A stretch of 25,263 nucleotides of DNA from positions 1-25,263 of the forward strand of contig JAQBYT010000049.1 of the NCBI GenBank assembly GCA_027622665.1. The letters are read 5' to 3'. The notes beneath the pieces were generated by a model. That model saw nothing but the letters and a program-made list of their open reading frames with translations. It searched no databases and had not been told where the DNA came from. Shown one piece after another: positions 18,807 through 25,263 of the stretch (position 1 is the stretch's first letter; every line of letters starts with the position of its first letter). Made by a program: the position numbers and the translations under genes. The stretch comes from Verrucomicrobiota bacterium. Lineage in GTDB: Bacteria; Verrucomicrobiota; Verrucomicrobiia; Opitutales; Seribacteraceae.

Positions 18807-20513
18807 ATGACCTTGAATACCCAACCCAACGCAACGCTGTTTGTGGAAAACGACACAAAAGCACAGGTTCTGACGTGCAAGGAAGGCCTGAGCTTTTGGG
18901 GCGGCGTTGATCCCGACACAGGCGCGATCATCGATGCACACCACCCGGATCACGGCGCGTCGCTCGCTGGACGTATCGTCCTGATGCCAACCTCCCGAGG
19001 GTCTTGCAGCGGCAGTGGCGTGATGCTGCAACTGGCGCGCAACGGGCAAGCTCCAGCGGCACTTGTCTTTCGCGAAGAGGAAAACATCCTGACACTGGGT
19101 GCAATGATCGCGGGACGGTTATACGATCGGCCCGTCGCGGTTCTGCGGCTAGCTGCCCCGCTCTACGACGACTTGGCCAACGCAGACGAGGCGGAAATTC
19201 GTGATGACGCTCTTATGTTTGACGGCCGGTCTATTGCGTTGAGCAAACCCGACGCGCAAGCCCTAAGCCTAAGCAAAGCCGACCAACAGATGCTCGACGG
19301 GCATGGCGGCAAGGCCCAGCAAATTGCGATGGAGGTTCTCTGCCTGATGGCCGCAGCGCAGGGCGCAACCAGCCTGACCGATGTATCGCGCGCACATATC
19401 GACGGCTGTATTCTTGCCCACGATGCCAATCTTGAATTTGCTGAAAAGATGCATCAGATGGGCGCGAAAACATGCATCCCCACAACGATCAACGCCATTT
19501 CTGTGGATCGCGAGAACTGGCAAACACAGGGTGTTGACCCTGTTTTCGGATCCAAAGCCAGCCGCCTTGCCGATGCCTACGTCAATATGGGTGCACGCCC
19601 GACATTCACCTGCGCCCCCTATCTGTTGGACGACTCCCCCGCCGAAGATGAAGCCATCGGCTGGTCTGAATCCAACGCCGTCATTTATGCGAACTCGGTG
19701 CTGGGCGCACGCACACAGAAACACCCTGACTACCTTGATCTGTTCATCGCCATAACCGGACGCGCGCCCAACACAGGCGTTTACCTTGCCCAAAACCGTT
19801 TGCCCGACTGCGAGGTGCACGTTGAACTGCCCGCAACCTTTGATGATGCCCTGTGGCCAATGCTTGGTTGGCTGGCGGGCGCCAAATCCCCGAATGGCAT
19901 CCCTGTCCTGACCGGCCTTGAGGCAACTTCACCAACGCCTGACGATCTCAAAGGGCTGTGCGCTGCCTTTGGCACGACCTCGGCCGCCCCCATGCTGCAC
20001 GTGCGCGGACATACCCCCGAAGGCGCACTCCCCCTGCGTGACGGCGCGCCCCGGTTTGAGATCACGGCAAGCGATCTGGCGCAGCTTTGGCAGGACTTTA
20101 ACACAGCTGGCGATCAGGTTGATCTGGTCGCAATCGGCAGCCCGCACGCCTCGCTGACAGAATGCCGGAACTTCTCAGATTTCCTTGGTGACAAAATTTG
20201 TCATGTTGGCACCAAAACAATCGTGACCGTAGGGCGCAATGTTTTGGCAGATGCAACAAAAGAAGGCATTTTGGAGCGGCTTCGAAAAGCAGGAGTTCAG
20301 GTTATTCCCGACATTTGCTGGTGCTCGATCACTGAACCCGTCTTTCCTACAGCGGCAGCGGTGTTGATGACAAATTCCGGCAAGTATTCTCATTATGCCA
20401 AGGGCCTAACAGGCTGTGGTGTGCGGTTTGGCAGCCTCAAAAATTGTGCTGAAGTCGCCATAAGCGGCGTTGCCCCCGCAGGTTTGCCAGCGTGGTTGGC
20501 ACCGCAGAAATAA
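18807..20513 (+). CDS. lhpI: Fused aconitase X (swivel + catalytic domains); putative cis-3-hydroxy-L-proline dehydratase
   Basis: 568 aa with 'LSFWGGVDP.TG.IID.HHP', 'SRGSCSGS', 'AHIDGC', 'FTCAPYLL', 'WSESNAV.YANSVLGART', 'GSPH', 'DICWC' and 'TNSGKY.HYA'. Confidence 0.88.
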   Translation: MTLNTQPNATLFVENDTKAQVLTCKEGLSFWGGVDPDTGAIIDAHHPDHGASLAGRIVLMPTSRGSCSGSGVMLQLARNGQAPAALVFREEENILTLGAMIAGRLYDRPVAVLRLAAPLYDDLANADEAEIRDDALMFDGRSIALSKPDAQALSLSKADQQMLDGHGGKAQQIAMEVLCLMAAAQGATSLTDVSRAHIDGCILAHDANLEFAEKMHQMGAKTCIPTTINAISVDRENWQTQGVDPVFGSKASRLADAYVNMGARPTFTCAPYLLDDSPAEDEAIGWSESNAVIYANSVLGARTQKHPDYLDLFIAITGRAPNTGVYLAQNRLPDCEVHVELPATFDDALWPMLGWLAGAKSPNGIPVLTGLEATSPTPDDLKGLCAAFGTTSAAPMLHVRGHTPEGALPLRDGAPRFEITASDLAQLWQDFNTAGDQVDLVAIGSPHASLTECRNFSDFLGDKICHVGTKTIVTVGRNVLADATKEGILERLRKAGVQVIPDICWCSITEPVFPTAAAVLMTNSGKYSHYAKGLTGCGVRFGSLKNCAEVAISGVAPAGLPAWLAPQK

Positions 20514-20887
20514 ACAGTGATCATCTGGCTGCTAGGAATTTGCTTTCTCCGGGCGACCCCGAAGCAGCCGTTGGGACGGCGCGGCCTGTCTGTAGCCGCC
20601 GTGGTGAAGACTGGAGGAACTTTATCCAATCTTTTTCATCATCTCCTCCATCGCCCGTCATGAGCGAGCCAAACTTGCTTAGTCTGAAGGGCCGCTTCAG
20701 CACGTCATTAGGCCTTGTCTCCCCTATTTTAAAGAGGACAATTTTCTATTCTGGTGGCTCGTCGCCCTGCTGCTTTTGGAAACCTCGTTTCCTCCTGCAA
20801 TCCACATTCCGCAGTGCAACATTACACCGCCAAGCTTTGAACCCGCTTGGATATGATCGCAAAAAAATTTTGCGTGCCTACAAGGCT

Positions 20888-21913
20888 TTATTTAGAAAAT
20901 GGATCTCTTACGAAAAAAATATCCTTCTTTGCTCGAGTGCATGCGACATAGAGCTTTTTGAGGGTTTTTTCGTTAATCTCCTTAGCTTTCAGGTTCTGCG
21001 TTTGCTCGAACTGCTTTTTGTTGAGGATAATGCATACATCATGAAAATCATCTAGACCCTTGGATGCCCCCCAGTTCATGGAGAAACAATTCATTTTCTT
21101 AGAGTTTTGATAAACCAGTTTTATGACATCATCATTTCTAAGGAGATTGATCACCTCTGTCTGATCCTCAACGAAAACTATATCCGTTTCATCAGCTCTC
21201 TGTGAGCCCATTTCAATTCCTAAACATTCTCGAACAAATTTCGCTACTGAGGGACTGCATCGATAGCTCTTAATAAGTGTCGTAGTATCAACTGTAATTC
21301 CATGTTTTTCGACCTCAGATATGAAACGCTCTGCGCTTTGGTGAAGAAGTTGCCGGTATCGACTATCTCTACTAGTGTCAAAAGTGTGCTGGTGGTAGTC
21401 TCCAACAAATTGGCTGCTAACATTCGATTTTGCTAGTTCACAGATGAAGTCAAAATCATAAGAGGCGAAATCTTGAAACTCATCCACGAAGAGATTGTCG
21501 AAATACCTTTCGAGGCGCCGTTTAACACTATTCAATCCATCTGTATCAAATTCTAGGAAGAACTTAGCGAGTCTGTTTGCATAGAGTATCCTTAAACTCG
21601 GAATAAAATAATGGGTCACGTCAGTCTTTTTCCTGCGATCTTTAAAGGGTGGATTTTTGAAAGAGATGCCTTTTACTTGTGAGGCGTCTTGGTAGAGCGG
21701 CTGAAAACAGAATTGGTATCAGAAAGAAAAATAAGTATAAATTCGGATATTCTCAGGCATGAACCCAAACTTCTTAATTACCCTTTTTCTAAGGTTCTCT
21801 GTATTGTTGATCGTATAGGTCACAATCAGCGACCTTTCTTCCAAATTAAGAGACTCGATAAGATAGCGAGTTTTGCCTGAGCCTGCGACAGCGAGTATCA
21901 GCTTAGAATCCAT
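20888..21913 (-). pseudogene. gajB: UvrD-like helicase, Gabija GajB-like, with an in-frame TGA
   Basis: Walker A 'AVAGSGKT', 'VTYT', 'VDEFQDF', 'VGD.HQ', 'SYRCS', 'SKGL' and 'LYVACTRAK'. One continuous frame broken only by TGA at 21719-21721 (YFSF*YQFCF). Confidence 0.82.
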
Positions 21914-23444
21914 GCAAACGATTCTTTGATATACTTTGGGGAGGTAAGCCCCTGTCCAGATTTATAGAGTTGGAATGCTGCCTCAGATTTATTTTTCAGC
22001 ATCCAATCTAAAGCGCCGTCCTTTTTGGAGGTGAAGACTTCATCGCAGATAGACTGATTATCCTTATAAACACATACCTCGAAAGTGTATCTGGTTTCGT
22101 CATCATCATAAAATACTTCAACTGATGAAACGTCGCTGAATTCTGAATATTTGCTGATGAGACTGTCCTTGCTCTCGTCATTATCGGTGATGACAGCAAC
22201 CTTCCTGCCTAGCAATTTTCCGACCTCTAGGTAACGCTTAAAACTCAATCCATTAACTGATATGAGATGAACGCCTTTGGCGTGCATGTCTTCGCCATAT
22301 TCTTGGTAGAATAAGTGCTGGCATAGCAGGTATTCTGCATGCCCTTCGACCAAGATGACCTTCTCAGAAAGGATCAGCTCAAGTATGTTATGGTTCGGAG
22401 CTTTTGTGAAAAAATCAGAAGTGTCTGGATTCAGTTCTGAAAGCTTGTTGTTGCTGAGCGTAGTATTGCTGAGAAATATACACTCGCTCAATCCAAGTGA
22501 TAAGCAAATTAGGCTACTGTGACTGGTGAGTATAACCTGAGCTGAGTCTGAATTCTTAATCTTATCGACAAAGACCCGTGTCCTTGAATGGCTCAAGTGA
22601 TTCTCAGGCTCTTCCAACAAAACCAAATTATCCTTGTCACCTGATCGATTTCTCAAAGCGTATGCTGCTTTGATTTCACATTGAGCGCCCTTGCCCTTTT
22701 GGGTTATATCGACGCCTTCATATTCAAGAGTTAAATCCTGCTCTATTTTTGCATTTCTTCTTAAACTGAGTAGGCCATCAGATGAATTCTCTCCTTCGGA
22801 CGAACACTTCTTCCGAAGAAAAGCGCTGCGAATAACTTTATATTCATGCTGATGAGATGCGATTTGGCCATCGTCGAAGCGATTATTGTAAATACTTGAA
22901 ACGAGGTGATTGCGAGCATGTGCGTGACTACTCTCCGTTGAATCAATACATATTGGATTGAATGGCTTATTGTAATACGTGTAAGGCCTACCACCGAACA
23001 TCATGAATTCTACACGATAGAACTCGAAAGGGATTTCACCGTCGCCTGAGGTTAAAATTTCCTTATTTGTTCGCCATGCTCTTCGCTAGGGAGGCATTTC
23101 AACCGAAATCCATAGTCTGGTTCTTGCATGGAATTATTCCTGCCATCGAATTCCTCCAAGTCACAATCATCAAGGTAGATTTCGATCAAAAGTTCCGGTA
23201 AATTCTCGTATTTGCGCACACCATCTTTGAATTCCTGTATGGCTTCCAGGTTCATTAGAGACTCAATGCCGTAGTCTTGAATTTTTCTGACATTTGCGCT
23301 CTGAGCCATATCGATGGCTTGCAGGATCGAAGATTTGCCGGACTCGTTGTCTCCAATAATTGTATTAACCCCAGACTTGAAGCGAACTTCTAATTCTTTG
23401 AAGCGTTTGAAGTTATATATTCTTAGCTTTTTGATCGTAGCCAT
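21898..23444 (-). pseudogene. gajA: OLD-family ABC-ATPase + TOPRIM nuclease, Gabija GajA-like, with a 1-bp frameshift
   Basis: 'NFKRF', Walker A 'GDNESGKS', Walker B 'LLEEPENHL', H-loop 'TSHSS', TOPRIM 'ILVEG..E' and 'ITDND'. Adding one base near 23060-23065 restores 'QIKEILT...IPFEFY' and a ~515-aa ORF; overlaps gajB by 16 nt. Confidence 0.82.
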
Positions 23445-23486
23445 GTGAGGAATGATTCGGTTTTTCGATTATGGGAGGCTTAAATT

Positions 23487-24938
23487 TTAAGATTCAGCGT
23501 CCCCTTTAATTTGACGCTCTTGCCTCGCCTCCTCGAACTTCTGCTTCATTGTGGGGTTGCTACCCGTCAACTTTTTGACCGTCACGTCCTGCGCTTTGTC
23601 GTTGGCTAGTCGCAAATTGTTTTCTGACTTCAGGAGAGCGTCTCTTGTTTTCTGTAGGTGATTGATGGATTTGTCGATTTCAGAAACAGCTGTCTGGAAT
23701 TGTCTGGAGGCGAGATCGTAATTCCTTCCGAATTTTTCCTTAAAGTCTTCTAAATCAGCTTCGAAGTTCGTCACGTCGATGTTCTGAGACTTCACCAGAG
23801 CAAGTTCGTTTTTATAACACAGGGAATTCATCGCTGCATTTCTGAGAAGGGTAATCATCGGGATGAAGAATTGCGGTCGAATCACATACATTTTCTTGTA
23901 GCGATGAGACACATCGACGATGCCCGTGTTGTAGAGTTCATTTTCAGGCTCTAACAGTGAGACCAGTATCGCGTATTCGCAGGCTTTCTCGTTGCGGTCT
24001 TTGTCCAGTTCCTTGAAGAAATCCTCATTCTTCTTTTTGGTCGCCGTGGTATCATTCTCGTTCTTCATCTCGAACATGATGGAAACGATCTCCGTTTGGG
24101 CTTCATCCATGTCTTTAAAAATGAAGTCACCCTTGCTGCCCGCTTTTGAATCGTTGTCTTTCTCGAAATATGCTCTAGGAAAGGCGGTTGCACGGATACG
24201 GTTAAACTCCGTCTCACAATGTTGCTCAAGGGTTTCACCGACCATCTTAGTAGAGAGCTTTGCCTTCAAATCCTTAAGTCGTTCAATGGCATCATCTCGA
24301 TCCTTCAGTTGAGTCTCATACTTGTCCTTTAGAGCCTTCTCTGAGACCTGCTTTTCAAGAGCTGCTTGGTCTAGATTGTGTTTGAGAGTATCACGTTCCT
24401 TTTCTACAGCACCAACCGCTTCGGTAATAGCCAGTTTCTGGCTAACCTCCTTGGAATCCAGTTGATTTTTCAGTTCTTGGATCATCGCCTTCTTCTCCTG
24501 AATTTCAGTCCGCAATGAGCTACTTACTTTTTGCTCGGTCAGTTCGATCGCATTGGCCTTTTCTTTCTCAGCTTGTTGTGTGGCATTCTGCGCCTCTAAC
24601 TGGGCTTGCTTAAGCTGGTTGAGGAGGTCATCCCTCTCTTTTCCAACACCCGAAACCGCAGTATTGACAGCTAGTTGTTGCTCGGTCTTGCCTGCCTTCA
24701 ACTGAGCCTTCAGCTCATTGATTGTGGCTTCTTTCTGCTGAGCTTCTGCCTGAAGTTCACGGCTCAATCTTTCCTTCGCGAGTTCGACTGCGTTGAGCTT
24801 GTCCCTCTCAGCTAGTTCCAGTCTTTCGTGAAGCTGTGCGTCAAATTCCTCATCACGGACTTGCTTGAGAATATCGGCATAGCCAGTCTCATCGATCTTG
24901 AAGGCTTTTCCACAGTGTGGGCATGAAATTTCGGTCAT
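23487..24938 (-). CDS. DUF2130 family coiled-coil protein with a putative PD-(D/E)xK-like C-terminal domain
   Basis: 483 aa with '[26 protein letters not shown]', a long coiled coil, '[14 protein letters not shown]', 'KGDFIF', 'IMFEMKNE', 'KELDKDR', '[11 protein letters not shown]' and 'NPTMK'. Confidence 0.88.
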   Translation of the reverse strand: MTEISCPHCGKAFKIDETGYADILKQVRDEEFDAQLHERLELAERDKLNAVELAKERLSRELQAEAQQKEATINELKAQLKAGKTEQQLAVNTAVSGVGKERDDLLNQLKQAQLEAQNATQQAEKEKANAIELTEQKVSSSLRTEIQEKKAMIQELKNQLDSKEVSQKLAITEAVGAVEKERDTLKHNLDQAALEKQVSEKALKDKYETQLKDRDDAIERLKDLKAKLSTKMVGETLEQHCETEFNRIRATAFPRAYFEKDNDSKAGSKGDFIFKDMDEAQTEIVSIMFEMKNENDTTATKKKNEDFFKELDKDRNEKACEYAILVSLLEPENELYNTGIVDVSHRYKKMYVIRPQFFIPMITLLRNAAMNSLCYKNELALVKSQNIDVTNFEADLEDFKEKFGRNYDLASRQFQTAVSEIDKSINHLQKTRDALLKSENNLRLANDKAQDVTVKKLTGSNPTMKQKFEEARQERQIKGDAES

Positions 24939-25031
24939 AAGTGTAGTAGGAATTATGTTTGGAACTCGTTAGATGCTGCTCAGTTGTCTCTCCACCACAG
25001 TAAGCCTCTGGTTAAAAAGGCAGAAAAGTGG

Positions 25032-25263
25032 TCATTTCGTAATGTTTTGAATAAATTCATAATAAGCAATATCCTTCTTCTGCTTCTGTTGTTGTTTAAA
25101 TCCGCTCGTGAGTATCGAAACCGACTGAGGCGCTCCCATATTAAGTTTTGACGCGATCCACACGTTTGTGGCGGCAGTGTGGCGTTTGAGCACATCGGCG
25201 ACCCACACATCCCTGCGCGCACCGGATTCAAATGCACGTAATGCTGCAGCGCACCCAGGTAAC
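25032..25263 (-). pseudogene. Second RAYT/Y1 transposase remnant (runs off the window edge)
   Basis: 'YLGALQHYVHLNPVRAGMC' is joined, in another frame, directly to the C-terminal 'WVADVLKRHTAATNVWIASKLNMGAPQSVS...ITK*'. Confidence 0.8.

Noticed and set aside
18321..19049. 242-aa minus-strand ORF
   Set aside because: It is antisense to the RAYT remnant and acnX and spans their junction.
11563..20513. Functional clustering of acnA and aconitase X
   Set aside because: They are separated by IS and RAYT remnants, lie on opposite strands and appear to have different origins; proximity is likely incidental.
20492..21055. 187-aa plus-strand ORF after acnX
   Set aside because: It has a non-protein-like composition, overlaps gajB antisense and crosses a compositional boundary.
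21719..21721. TGA recoding (Sec/Trp) in gajB
   Set aside because: TGA terminates other genes here (DUF1552, selO, abiEi). The position fits a hydrophobic residue such as Leu (TTA to TGA), and no SECIS-like hairpin was recognised.
1..25263. CRISPR array, rRNA or REP array
   Set aside because: No regularly spaced direct repeats, cas genes, rRNA-like sequence or GTAG-type palindrome clusters were seen by eye.

Overview
Mosaic 25 kb window, probably from a PVC-superphylum bacterium (Verrucomicrobiales-like, inferred from gene-family style). Left to right it carries a DUF1592-cytochrome c/DUF1552 pair, two fused gene fragments, a 1166-aa secreted glycan-active multidomain protein ending in malectin, a DUF1501 remnant, a small ORF plus spermidine-synthase-like methyltransferase, and a 3' tRNA(CAT) fragment (att-like) next to an intact AbiEi/AbiEii type IV toxin-antitoxin pair. 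It continues with acnA preceded in frame by a miaA stub, a decayed IS30, selO, a decayed 2Fe-2S ferredoxin, and two convergent, internally deleted RAYT/Y1 transposase remnants. These remnants bracket a proteobacterial-type fused aconitase X and a low-GC defence operon (intact DUF2130, then Gabija-like gajA with a 1-bp frameshift and gajB with an in-frame TGA). The best candidate for an undescribed system is the DUF2130-GajA-GajB three-gene unit. Many abrupt junctions indicate either genome decay or assembly/amplification chimerism. All family calls come from motif recognition; no searches were run.
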